DNA of 64,000 bases from Dicyema japonicum (Eukaryota; Animalia; Dicyemida). The notes below the pieces were generated by a model. That model was not told the DNA's origin. It did not search any database and was given only the letters and a program-made list of their open reading frames with translations. The first letter of the stretch is position 1, and the number at the start of each line of letters is the position of its first letter. The position numbers and the translations under genes are program-made. Positions 50,781-63,292 of this stretch are shown piece after piece. The stretch lies in the NCBI GenBank assembly GCA_011109175.1, contig RDEW01000005.1:802335-866334 (forward strand), given 5' to 3'.

Positions 50781-52250
50781 AATCGACCCCGCTTTTGGGT
50801 CATTTTTATTATTCGTCTCTCAAATTGTAGCCATTTTACACAAATCCTTCATCACACTATTGGACTTGGCTGAAATGAGTCATTTGACGAAGCTTGCCAA
50901 AAATGGAACGGGTCCGGACTCAAAAATAAGCTAAAATATTAGCCGAATCTGCATCCTCGCGACCTCTCATTGTCGATCTGGGATCACTTGTCGGTCTGAA
51001 TACAAGTATCTGTGCTCAAGAAAACCCTCGAAAGTTAGTCATTTAACCAATCAGCGTAATGATTTAAATAAAGTCAGTCCACATTGACATCCCATGTAGA
51101 CTTAACGGAATCATCTGAAGATATATAATTGGAAGTCGGTTTAGTCATTCACGAACATTGGAAAAACTAGATGTCCATGAAAAACCTCCTGATTGGCGTA
51201 ACAATTGATTTGGGGGACTTGCACCTTTTAAATTAGCGAACCTATATGGTAAAAGGATTTTTCTCATGGACGCCTACACTACTTAAGTTGTTGACTTTCA
51301 GGAATACGGAAGGGAAACATTAGCAGTCAATCTTGTCTATGATGAAAAATCTGGAAAAAAATGAGTATAGCTTAATAACGTGAATTCTATGGCTTGGATC
51401 TGCTGCCCCTTGCAGCGTGCAGCCTGGCAGCTGCCCCTATGTCCCCATCTAGAACATAACTCTTCCAATCATCTGCCGTACTATGATGGGGTAACTTTGC
51501 GGATCTAAAAGCTTTAGTCTTAAGAATCCCAAGACACAACGAAGCAACGTTTTGGGATAACATTGGTGCTCCAAAATTTTGGAAAACCTTAAAAAGAAGC
51601 AAATCAACATCGTCTGGCTTGTTTGGTGTCAGCTTCAAGGTAAAGGGAGTAGAGCATGGCTTGGTGCAATACCTTGCCCAAACCTAGGGACTCTTGGACA
51701 ACGATTTTTTGAGGATTGGAATCGGACAAAGGCTAGGACTAGACGTTTGCCAGGAACACCGATGCCGATGCGGGAAAATAGTCGATGCGAAGGGATTGCA
51801 CCCGCTGTCCTGCAGAAGAAGCGCCGGAAGAAGACCACGTCACGCTGCTCTGAAAAATGTGATCTTCAGAGCTCTGAAGGCTACAGACTTCCCATCACAG
51901 CTTGAACCAGTGGGTCTCGATCGATGAATGGAAAGAGACCTGACGAGATGACCGTTTTCCCTTACACATCCGGAAGATCTTTGGTCTGGGACGCAACTTG
52001 CGTTGACACATATTCAAGCACGAACCTTTTCAAATCGGTTCAGACACCTGGAGCAGCTGCTTCTACCGCGGAAAACCTAAAAATCAAGAAATATTCTTGC
52101 CTCGGGGACCGATGCTGATTTACTCCTGTTGCACTCAAGTCATCAGGAGCCGTTGGTCCAATGACGGCTGAGTTCTTGCGCGAACTCCGAGGAATGTTTG
52201 CCAGAAAGAAAAGGGATCAACGAGAAGGGTTCTGGAGTCGAATAGGTGAC
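50781..52250 (+). mobile_element. CRE-like RLE retrotransposon 3' portion, interrupted by a 600-bp insertion
   Basis: PAF.GS..EACQKWNGSGLK (50781-50926), then from 51522 [27 protein letters not shown] zinc finger, RPDE..LVWDATCVDT. Confidence 0.88.
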
Positions 52251-52939
52251 GGCCGTAATATAATGTGAATCAGTTACCTGCGTAATAAAAGGAACAGAAA
52301 TAATTGCGATCAATTTCGTCACGTTAAGATCATGACACGCCAACTTGACACAGACGTTATTACAAACAGTAAGTCAGACATAATTAACATAGGAAAGCCA
52401 AAATGGAGTCGATAATTCACCCTCCACAACACCGCTTTAGAGTGTTCACTGCTGTAGACCAATAGTAAGTATTTTATTAAACTAATCCACATGGATTATA
52501 ACGTCAGTCATCCGTTAAAACTGATCGAGTTCATACAAGGGAAAATGGAAGTCAGTGTCAGCATTGATTTTTTATAAATAAAGTTTGTTTTGTGCGGATT
52601 TGGACAGTGCAATCCATGCTGGATATGCGTGTTAATAGTTGCCAGAAAAACTGTTGTAGAATTATTGGAAAGGAAAGGATTGAAGAAATCAAAGATCTGA
52701 GAAAAGTCTTGTGTAGATATTGATAAGGATATAATCCACGTTGCTGAGATCTAGCGAAGGTCTTGAAGATCCCCATCTTTTTGGACTCGAAGACTAAATT
52801 AAATTAAAAAAGATTTAAAAAATTTAATTAAAAATTAAATTTTAAACAATAAATAATTATAATATTTAAAGTATATTTAAATTAGGTTGATCATGGTGGG
52901 TTATTTAATTTTTAATTTTAAATATAGTCAGAATCAAAC

Positions 52940-54061
52940 ATGATGTACTTAAACGACTTTTTGGATGTATAATTTAAATATAATACATTTAATAGTACTA
53001 GAAAACCTCCCAAAACATTTTCATGATAAACTCAAGGACATCAGAGACTATGACTCTACAATAAATGGTATATTACACGACATACATTAGAATTGACTAG
53101 CAAAACTCTGCCATCTTTGAATGGCTACTTCAATTCTTGCTCGAAAGGAAAGGTGCCCAATGAAAACGAAATTGAAACATTGCTTAAGGTAATTTTATTT
53201 ATTTTTAAATATTTTTAAATTTTAAATATCAAATTAATTTTATTTTAAATTATTTGTTCATGGTTTTATTTTATTATAGCCAATAAAATACGCGGAATCT
53301 CTTTCCTTAAAAAAGGTGGAATCCATCAATAGTCTATACGACACTGTGATCCTTATAGTTATTTTAGTTACACCAATACGCTCACAAGCTCGACCAAGAT
53401 CTCCTCAAATTCAAGCTAGAGCTGGAGGCCGACGACGCGGGCTGTACGGAGATTTTGGAGAAAAGTACTTTTATTAATGTTTTTGAAGAATGCATTGAAC
53501 TCTATGAAAACAGGAATAAATTCCGACGTTGAAACTATCTTAAATCCTTAGGAAGAAAGATTGTGAGGGACAAGACCCCCAGAAATTTGGTGAAACTAAA
53601 TGTCCCCAAAAAGTACAAAAGTACCCTCAGAAATCAGAATTGAATGTAAGACATTCTGTTCAGTCCGAATCCACCCCAGTAAAGGCTTCAATTCCAGATC
53701 CAGAAAAGATCCCCCTTCGTACTGAGACTCACAAGAAGTCCACGACCTCTACACGGTTATATGAAGATTTCATTGTCAAGGAAAAACACAGCCCCTCAGT
53801 ACAACTCGTCCACGTGGCAGACTGACGTCTCCTTGGCTTTGACTACCCCGAATGAGGGTGAACTGGACGACTCGAGGACTTATTGTATCTGCAATTCTTC
53901 AGCCTCAGGACAGATGGTGGCTTGTGATAATAATACTGTGATTATATTGATTATGGTAGTGTCCGATTGAGTGGTATCATTATGACTGTGTTGGGCTTAC
54001 TGAGGCGCCTTTGGGGGAGTGGTTCTGTCCTCAGTGTAGGAGAGCTTATCCTGCAAAATGA
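52940..54061 (+). CDS. ING3: Inhibitor of growth protein 3 (PHD finger)
   Basis: [14 protein letters not shown]; ING3-specific [26 protein letters not shown]; [38 protein letters not shown]. Confidence 0.93.
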
Positions 54062-54815
54062 TTTACTTTTTATTCAAATAATTTTTGTGTAAAAGTTTTG
54101 TTTGAATAGTGTTTTTACCACTTTTTGAAAATGGGGTATGTAGTTGTGTTACCTTGTTCATGTCTCTATCAATGGTTTGATTCCCCTCTGGTTACTTAAT
54201 CAAATGTTTATTACCCTTGTTAAAGAGATTTTCTCAGCCCTGGGACCTCAACTGTTATTGAGTAATTTGTGGGAATGGCCGGCAAAATGGAAAACTTCCT
54301 ATATAGACGGGTAGGACTATAAACCTTCTACATGCTATCTAGACGGGGAAGACCACTAACCTCATACCTACTATCGAGACGGGTAACTAATTAACTTCTG
54401 GATCGTGGTGATGGAAAGCACCTACGGGATCACTGTCTGTCTCTTCTCTCGGGGAGAAATGTATGATTAGGGATGGGCCATGCACAGACGCCTTTTTCAA
54501 GTCAAGATTTGCCGACTCCGTGAAAGCTGGGGAGGCAGTACGAGCATTCAAAACTCAAAAATACGACAGCCTCTACCCGATTCCACGTACAGCCCATTGA
54601 CGTCGAGACGAGTGAAACGTTTCAAGAGATTCCTTAGCGTGACAATCTTGTTTCCAAATGAGCTCCAGATTCTTCTGAGAAACCGACAGTCTTCTGAAGA
54701 AGAGTGGGAGGAGTAGACTTTATCAAAGAAGGATTTCCGTTGGATTGAGACTACTTCCTACAGCAACAAGTAATAAATATAAAAAGGTAATTACAAGTCA
54801 TCATAATATGAAGAT

Positions 54816-55279
54816 CTACAACTCCCTTCTACAGTAAGGACAATACGAATAGTCCTAAATATGACCACCAACAACCTCAAGCCACGTTTTTAGACAACAA
54901 TGGTGAAACATATGCCTGCACTCCAATAGAACCACTGTGAGCTGTTCACATAATTTTCATAGCAAATTGGACAAAAATGATCTAAATTTTCTGCAATTTC
55001 GCTGTTTTTAATAAAGTTTTGGTAAATAATGGAACAAGGGACATATTTGACTCCCACATTGCGATCAAAATAAAATTCCCCGTCATTTTCGGTGATACTC
55101 GCAGAATCAATAATATCAATAAAATCAGGCTCATCATTGTAATCACGGACATCAATAACGTTGGAATCATCAGAATCGTGGAAACGAAAAGTGTACATGT
55201 CATATTCGTCATCATCGTGTGATTCTGTATTTTCGCAGCTATCAGACTCACTCAACGCATCAAGTTCTTCAGAATCCAT
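54816..55279 (-). CDS. Small RING-H2 E3 ligase with acidic N-terminus
   Basis: CPICYENY..LLECRHMFHHCCLKTWLE|..CPYCR with an 18-nt intron and one 1-nt shift. Confidence 0.85.
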
Positions 55280-56629
55280 AAGTTATCCACCAAATAATAT
55301 TTGTTGTATCATTTTAAATATGAAATTATATATAAAATAAATAAATAAACAAATAAAATTTAATAAATAAAATAATAATTTTTTTATAAAATAAAAAATT
55401 TACTTAGATGTGACTGTAGATGCAAAGGCGAATTTCTTCGTTTTGCTAAAAAAGAAAAACTTTTTCGTCTCTGTTATCTGTTTGTGTGTTCCTGTCCACC
55501 ATATTGATTTTTATTAGTTCTACACGTTATCACAAATGGGGTAAAATTGAACCAGAGTTTAGGACTGACTGGTCCCTGAGTTAGACGAGGTCGAAAATTC
55601 CCTTCCATAATGATTTTTTGGAGTTGGGGAGATAAGTTGGTAATGAATGAGATAAAGCCTTTCAAGAACTATACAGGTGTGAGCTATGCCCAATGCAAAA
55701 GAGGATGCAAGTGGTTGTAAATAAGAATGGTATCGGAGAATCCTAATTATTCACTGTTTTTCTGTAATGAAGGAATGAATGAATCTACTACAAGATTTGA
55801 TCAAGCAAAGACCAGAACTGGTTAACTATGTGATCCTATCACCATCTCCCAGTGTTCCTCAATTGACTACAAAAAACCGGTGAGATGTAAATGATTATTC
55901 TGATAAACGACATAAGGTTCGAGAACCATTGAGATCCAAGACACAACGAAAGAATGACAGACTGAGTGATCTGATAGTCAGGAATGCCCACTTTTATTTG
56001 CTGTGCCACAAATCGGATAAAATGTACATTGGTTTTTTAAACAATCTCAGATTCACTGAGCTCTTTAAGAGAACATTCGAGAATCATAAATTAATTATCA
56101 TTACCAACTCATTAATGACACCCCCTGGTATTCCGCCATTCCTTCCAACCTCAAATACCTAAATCAAAAATACAGGTGACACACGTGCCAAGAACGTGAA
56201 AGCATATTTAGCATTTATTGTATAAAATCAAAAACCAATTTTATTTAATAGAACAACTAGCATTTAATCATTCCGAATGATCTCATTGAATGAGTTGCGG
56301 TTCTTGGTAAAAATCTTAATAAATTTATTCTTTTACATTTTACTTCCAGATCTGTCCTTCGAGGTTGTAGTAGTCTGAGGTTGAGTTGCCGAGTATGTGA
56401 TTGATTGCAATCTAAAAAACTATGGATATCTCGTTGACACCGCAATAAATAGTTTTTTTAGGAAAATCTCTAAACCTGAAAAATCAGACGAATATTAACG
56501 TGGTTTCCATGTTCCATGCTAGACATTTGAAGAGTGCTTAGAGTTTGGTTTGTCTCCACATTTGAATTATTTATTCTTTTTAAGAAAACTCAAAAATAAA
56601 GAAATACAGCAGCCTCCTAAACCGTTTTC

Positions 56630-56870
56630 ATATACAGCCAGTGGTCGTCGAGACGAGCGGAGTCTTTGGCCCCAAGACGGTCTCTTTCCTTAGAGCACTT
56701 GGGTGTCTATTGACCAAAGCCTCGAGGGAGCGTCGGGAAACCGAGTGGCTTTTCCAAAGGATATCCCTGGCAGTAGTCAGAGGTAACAGCCACTCGATCA
56801 TATCCGCTGGACTTTAGAACGATTTTATTGTTATAAATAAATTTCTTGAGTTTAAAAAAAAAAAAAAAAA
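56630..56870 (+). mobile_element. CRE-like RLE 3' end with poly(A)
   Basis: PVVVETSGVFGPKTVSFL..WLFQRISLAVVRGNSHSIISAGL*, then an A17 run at 56854-56870. Confidence 0.88.
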
Positions 56871-56899
56871 GAAATATAAAATAAAATATAAATTTTTTG

Positions 56900-57225
56900 C
56901 TGCGTGGCGCATGTGGTGCTTCGTGGCTAATTGGTTGAAGTTTCTTTTTGTTCGCCTGTTCCTCCTCTCTCTTCCTACTAGAGTAGCGTCATGTGATCCA
57001 CCTGTCTAGGTGGCGCCCATTGACAGGCCGGCATGAAAAAGGATCATTTGCTCTCCCCCACTCCACTGGAGGGGTTTCCACAACTGCAATTATGGACGTC
57101 TTTTACCTTTTATGTTGATTCCGGATGGACTCTGTTTCTGTAGAAGTGGAAACTGGATACACTTAATTAGTTGTTCACTTTAACTTCTTTCTCGGTATAT
57201 TCGGGGTTAATTAATGAATAAATAA
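56900..57225 (+). repeat. Short interspersed repeat family B, subtype X
   Basis: Collinear with 11432-11722. Confidence 0.85.
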
Positions 57226-57235
57226 GATTAAGACA

Positions 57236-57492
57236 AGTTTGAATCTCGTTGCTGTAAATCCCGGCTGAAAGTTCCACAAATCTACGATACTTTGACGACG
57301 AGTGGTGCCGTCATCAGTGAACATTTCTCTTCGGAACCGCATCGTCTACAAAAGGACTCATATCAAACAGAGAAAAAAGAAGTGAAGAGCATTCCTTGAT
57401 TTTCCTTCACGATTATTTATCACAACGGTTACTGAAATGAAGTGTATGTCCTGTATGGTGGAGCTAAGCTAATATGGCTCTTCGTAAAGTTC
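57236..57492 (+). mobile_element. SINE family A copy
   Basis: B-box remnant gtttgaatc, core atctacgat, tail hairpin gagctaagctaatatggctc. Confidence 0.8.
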
Positions 57493-57639
57493 ACTATTAT
57501 TGTATCTTCACCAGTAAAGTTGGGAGAGGATAGAAAGATTACTGGTTGATCTCGATATCTATCGTAAACACTCAAAACTAATACATGTCAGTAAAATATA
57601 GTTTACAAAAAATAAAGATTTAGATAATCAATCCTTTGT

Positions 57640-58250
57640 AGACAAGATAGCGTAGGCGTTTCCACGCAATATGGCAATCCTGATTCGTTGTCTATGTCAG
57701 AACAATTTGCGGGTTTTTTTTGATTTGTTAGTTCCTATTTATTCAGAAAGACCGCAATGAGAGATCCTACGGCTCCCGACGTTTCTATAGCCACTGATGT
57801 GTATCGGTATCGGTCTCCAATAGACGAATACTTTTGGATTTTGGCGTATTTTGCTGCGTTGGCTGCAGATCCCGGTTTAGAAGCAGATCTCAGAAGGAGC
57901 GAAGTGGAGAAGGTAACCACACAGATCACATCTCAGACTAATAATTTTCCGTGTGAATACAGGAAACGCGTCATTCCGTCTGGCCCCTTGCTATCTCCAC
58001 GATTCAGTCCGACAGGCTCTAGTTGAGTTGAGAAGCCTGTTGCCGCGAGGATTGGCAGAATAACATTATTCAATGCAGTGGGACGAGGTTAGCGACCTGC
58101 ACTTTTTAGCAAAACAATAGATGTAATCTTTTGGTGTCAACTGTTCTTTCACAACAGCATCTGCTTTTCTGGCAGACGTCAAGTCCCAATCGTTGTGCTA
58201 TTCCGATTCTCACACAGTCATCGTCCACCAGATTCCGAAAAAACGCATGG
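57640..58250 (-). mobile_element. CRE-like RLE 3' portion, degraded
   Basis: [48 protein letters not shown]. Confidence 0.85.
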
Positions 58251-58802
58251 AAATGCGTGGAGTTTGTTGACTTTTAATATTTTATTTTTTTTGAATTTTC
58301 ATTAAGCGGCATACGTGTATGTCCACAGAATTCTTCCAAGATGTCACGATTTAATCCTCCATGATTATATTCGCTGGCATGCTTGGGTGCAAAACACACA
58401 ACCAAACAGATTCCAGGGCTCGAAGACTATTACATATGGACATTTTGGACTATCTTAGAATGAACTCTTCCTTCTCACTCGCATTGCCCATCTAAGGCTT
58501 AAAAAAGTGAAGTTGTCTTTCGTGTAATGAATCGAATTCCTTCTCCTTCAGCTTAGTGATTACAATCCCCACGAATTATAGCGAAGATCTTTTCAAAAAA
58601 GCCTCCTACGTTCTATGACGAAGTGTTCGCAATCTCCAGAGAAATCACCACAGAAAGAATCACGTGACTCCATCCGTTTGATCTCGTGTTTTTCGTCATT
58701 GTAGAACCAGTTGCCAATTAGTCCGGCTCTATCTTAAGCTGTTGTCGAACTATTAAATTTCTAAAATATAAATTTTGCAAGTTTTCCATTTTAAGTCTAT
58801 TT

Positions 58803-59117
58803 TTGGTGAGACGGAGGGGTACTCCTTTGAAAATGTCTAGAAAGCTGAAGAACAAGAGAATGTTTCAATTCAATTACCTTTCTATACGAAACGACAAATG
58901 GATGCAGCCTCGTCGAGAACCATGGAAAATATTTGTTAGTATGTCTACCGCTGATTCAAACGACCATGGCACTATAAATGTCTATGCACCACACTGTGGA
59001 ATGGTGGCCACAGATATGGGAGACCTATTTGGAGTTATGGAAACCTCATTAATAATTATGATAGTTGTCTTAGGAAATTCCATGAAAACATTGAAGGGAG
59101 TTGAAATCAACAGATGA
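58803..59117 (+). mobile_element. LINE APE endonuclease fragment
   Basis: INVYAPH and IVVLGN motifs. Confidence 0.45.
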
Positions 59118-59279
59118 CCTAGACTTATTGAGATCAATAGCAAATAGTGGAAGAGTGTCTTCCACTCCTCAGGGGACTATAGTTCTCGTAAAGTGCTACA
59201 ATATAATTGAAGAAACATCAATTTAATCGTACGTAGACAAGGCAGATTTTATTTTTTTTAATTCAAAAAAATAAAAAAA

Positions 59280-62013
59280 TCAGAAATCCTGTTTGATGTC
59301 TAATTTTATTTGGTCCGCTGTAGATTTCGACCTTCCCCTAGCAGGACTCTTCAACTCAGATGTTAGGTCATGCACATTAACAGGACTAACAATTTGGTCC
59401 AAGTAAACACAGCTTTTCCCAACAATATAAACACTCGTCACCAGCTTCGTCAAAATCAGACTAAAATAACCGGAAAAACCAACCAGATAAAGAAAAGCAC
59501 AAAAATTATAACGTTGGGATATCCACGTGCACCACAGGCACAATAGTTCTCAAAAGCAGCGCAGCCAGAGCCAGTGGAAGGAAGCTCATCTTCCGTGAGA
59601 CAATGTCGCTGTGATCGGAGGCTGCCCTCCGTTGCCTAGAGTTGATCAAATCCAGGGCAAGTCGGCACTTGAAGGAGAAATAGTTCTAGACTAAACAGAA
59701 ATCAAAACAGTATGGGAGAGGGAAGAGACACGTGTCACAAAAGAGTGCTTTATCCAATCAACGACACATTCCACGGCAAAGGCTATGAGAATAAACGGAA
59801 GCAGATTTCTCAGATGAGCTGGAATTTCAAAGTACAGAAAACCTAATTTCCAGCCAACATCCGACAGATTACGAATCGAAACCACACTGAGGAGGATTGC
59901 CAAATGGAAGCGCTCCCTCACATCCCAGCACGCCAAAGTGAAGTGAGTGTCCTTATTGAAGACTCGGAAGACGTTGGTTTTGATTTCAATAAACTAGCAA
60001 TAATAATTCCTCAGACATTATTCGACATCATTATAGTGAACAGTTCTGCACTGTGAGAGTTGAAGGCCACGTGGAGCACAGTCGCCTGCAGCAGCACAAG
60101 AATGAGTGCACAACTACAAAAATCAATAAAATGTCAAATATCAAGTCACTCATATTCAATTGCAGGTAAACAGTAATTATATGCGAATTATCATTAATTA
60201 GCTGACAATTTGGACAAAAATGCAAATTATAACTTGAATAGTTGAAATTTGAGCGTAATTTGTAAAAAGAATATTTTGGCAGGATTTCACAATCTTGTGA
60301 TAAATACATAATCTAAGGCAAAGCGATAATTATTTACTCCTACAGAATCAATAGGTTATGAAAGAATATCCTCAGCTAACAAAGTGATCTCGGACCAACA
60401 GAGAATGGAGATAATCAGGGAATAAGGAACTAAAGTTAGGTGAGGTAAATGCAGTATAACCAACAAAAAATTGATTTAATAAAAATGGACAAATACAAAA
60501 ATAAACCGATAATTATCACTAAATGCATAAATCAGCAAAGCAATCCCACAAATTATTATTAAACAATCACCATTGTTACACAATAACTCAATTAAACGGC
60601 GGAAATAAGGAAACGCCGACTCAGCAAAATTAAGGCAGCAATAAAAACTATCACTAGGCTGGGATTAAAGAGTAAAGGTACAATATATCAATTATTATAG
60701 AGAAGCAGCTAAGACCAGCAACATGAGATACTGTACCACGTGCCAATATGAGGTAACCACTACACCACTAGCAATCTAGACAAGTAAGCTTGCTAAAGAA
60801 ATCCAGCTGGAGTAACAATTGGGAGAGCAGCAAAGCAAATATGGGAGCTAAAACAGGAACTACTTCGAAATACCATAAAAAACGAGGATACCAAATTAAT
60901 TCGTTATAATCCACAAATAGAATTTAATTAAGAATAACAGTCAAATCAATGAAAGCTTAATGAATACCAGCAAAAAGGCAAATAAACAAAATGACTCAAA
61001 TAAACCATAGGCAGAAAAATGAACACATATCACCCCAATCAGAATATATATGAGCACACATATCGATAAGCAAAAATAAGCCTTCACCACATCAGATCTC
61101 CTCATTAGACCTGAGTGAGTAGCCCGACTTAGCATTTACGCTCGAGCAAACAACCGACTCATTCACTAAAGGGACCCGGGTAAATAAATAATGGTCATTC
61201 AAGAATCAAGGAAATAGTAAAAATCAAAAAATCATCAAAATTAAGCTAACCGTTAATATGCACAAAATTATGCGGACAATCAGAACTAAGCGCAGTCAAG
61301 CAAAAACAAGCCAATTACAACAAAAAACTAAAAAGTATAATCAACCAAAAACCCCCAAAACGACAAAACACAGCAAATAGCCGAGGTAGCAAATAAAGAA
61401 GTGACAATTTCGAAATGGCAAAATAATATAGGCATACACATATATAGGATCATCACCAGGTAATCGAAGCTCACATAACGTCCCTCAACACAGGACCAAA
61501 TGGCTGTGTCGATGATATCACTCCCAATCGAACAGAATAGTTTATCCCCAATCTAAAATAACTCAGAACAGCTACTTCCAGCATATTGAAGAAAATGAAC
61601 AATTTGATCAATTTTGAGACCGAATCAGGTGGTACAGCACATTCAAGTCGATTCGTGACAAAAAACAGCTCGTCAACAAAATTATGAACATCTTGAACAA
61701 ATCGTTACGGTCCGCAGCGTCCAGCTGTCGTCTTTGGCTGAAACTCAGGATTTACGAATACATCAGTAATCGCTTAATCGAGAACAAACAGCGAATCGGC
61801 ATCAACGTGAAAATATACAGGAATATGTCCAGACACTGCACAAGTCCGAAAAATATAAACTTTTGGTGAAAATCTAATTACCTTTTCAAATTCAAAGGGA
61901 ATCGAAAGGAAGGATTTCACTGCCTGCCTTTTGGAGTCAAAGCCTTCTTGGTCATATGCTGGGTAAAAGACTTTCTTGAGCTCATTTTCTACGAACTGGT
62001 AGAAAAGTGACAT
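59280..62013 (-). CDS. TAPT1: TAPT1/Emp65-family membrane protein, multi-exon, with one 1324-nt intron
   Basis: FLSIPFEFEK|FIFFG..CLDIFLYIFTLMPIR, YHLIRSQ..KLFIFFNMLE|IGDKL, QATVLHVAFNSH..LFTIMMSNN|FIEIK, DVRERF, ECVVDWIKHSF. Confidence 0.93.
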
Positions 62014-62529
62014 TCAAGAGATAAATGCCGACTAAACACAGAATTTGAATTTAATCGTGAATTTTTTTAATATTTTTAAATTTATTAACAATTGAATTTA
62101 TTTATTATTAAATTATATAAAATTATATGCAATTGTGTTTGACCTACGATTTTGTTATTACGAAAGCATCCGAAGAGTCGATGATAATAAAATACTACAA
62201 TGGCCCCTTCCTCCAATGACCAATCAGAATCCTCTCTTCCGAGGGACGTATGGGTAAACCTGACTCGTCTAAAATGTGACCACCCACCCGATTTCCTCTT
62301 TCCCTTTTGTTACCTATGCGTGGTGACAACAATCACCTATTTTAATGTCATGAATTAGCACAACGTTCGTCTACAATGCTTGGACTGACCGATCAATGGG
62401 AGCGACCGGCATTTGCTGCGTCCTATTTAATAGTGCTGGCATCCTACAAGTTAGTGAGGCCGGGGTTACTTAACTAACTAACTACCTACTTTTTCAGTTA
62501 AGTGTAGACGTGTCTTAATTTCACAAATG

Positions 62530-63060
62530 TCCTAAAAGCGTTTGAGAATTCAAATAACTATCCTTCTTACTTTCAACACCAGAAAACTTCAAAAATTCGA
62601 CCAAGAGACGCACTTTGTGTCAAAACATGGCGGATTGGTATGCTGCCTGCAGGAAACTAAGAGGACAGACGGATTGTACGAGAAGTATTGAAACTATGAT
62701 TCCTTCGGATTCGAGAAACTGGTCATTAATTTTTCTACAACACAAGGAAGTTGTCCCTTGAAAGTTAAAGGAAGGATCTTTCATTGCAACTTTGAAAAAT
62801 CCTTAAGAACTTTACCAGTTCTACGAGTAATAGAAAGGACAATGACAGAATTTCAATTTTCCCAATGGCTGCCCGTCGCAGGAGACTGGAATGCGAAGGT
62901 AGGAATCCTAAATGAAAATGATGCCTCTATCGGTCGCCACAGAAGAGGAATCAGAAACTTCCCGGATCGACACTGATAAACTTCTGTCAAATATTTGTCT
63001 TCCTTCATGCAACAATTGCTTTCAACACTCACTCTTATAAAACTACGTAGACTTGAAAAG
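62530..63060 (+). mobile_element. LINE 5' region with APE endonuclease remnant
   Basis: LTFNTRKL, VCCLQETKR, VAGDWNAKVG. Confidence 0.8.
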
Positions 63061-63292
63061 AATTTGTGCTAAAGGGAAAAAATCAACATTATTCAAATAA
63101 TTTCTACCCTTCTTCTTCAGTATCTGCTTCCTACGCGTCTGTTTATGATCGCGAGAATCCATACGCTAAATGTGTCTGAACAGTTTTCACTGGATATCAT
63201 TTATGTACAGACTTAAAGACCTACTCTTGCAAAATTATTTTTTTGAAATTTAATTTATTTAAAAAATAAACATATTTAATTTAAATAAAACA

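Noticed and set aside
60588-60605. C/D snoRNA guide complementary to LSU rRNA UAAACGGCGG
   Set aside because: Only a 10-nt match next to a degenerate box, with no convincing C box; insufficient without a scan.
60480-61300. Nested antisense protein gene or alternative genetic code in the TAPT1 intron
   Set aside because: Plus-strand frames hit frequent TAA stops, real genes here terminate at TAA, TAG and TGA, and the 64-aa minus-strand ORF reflects T-richness.
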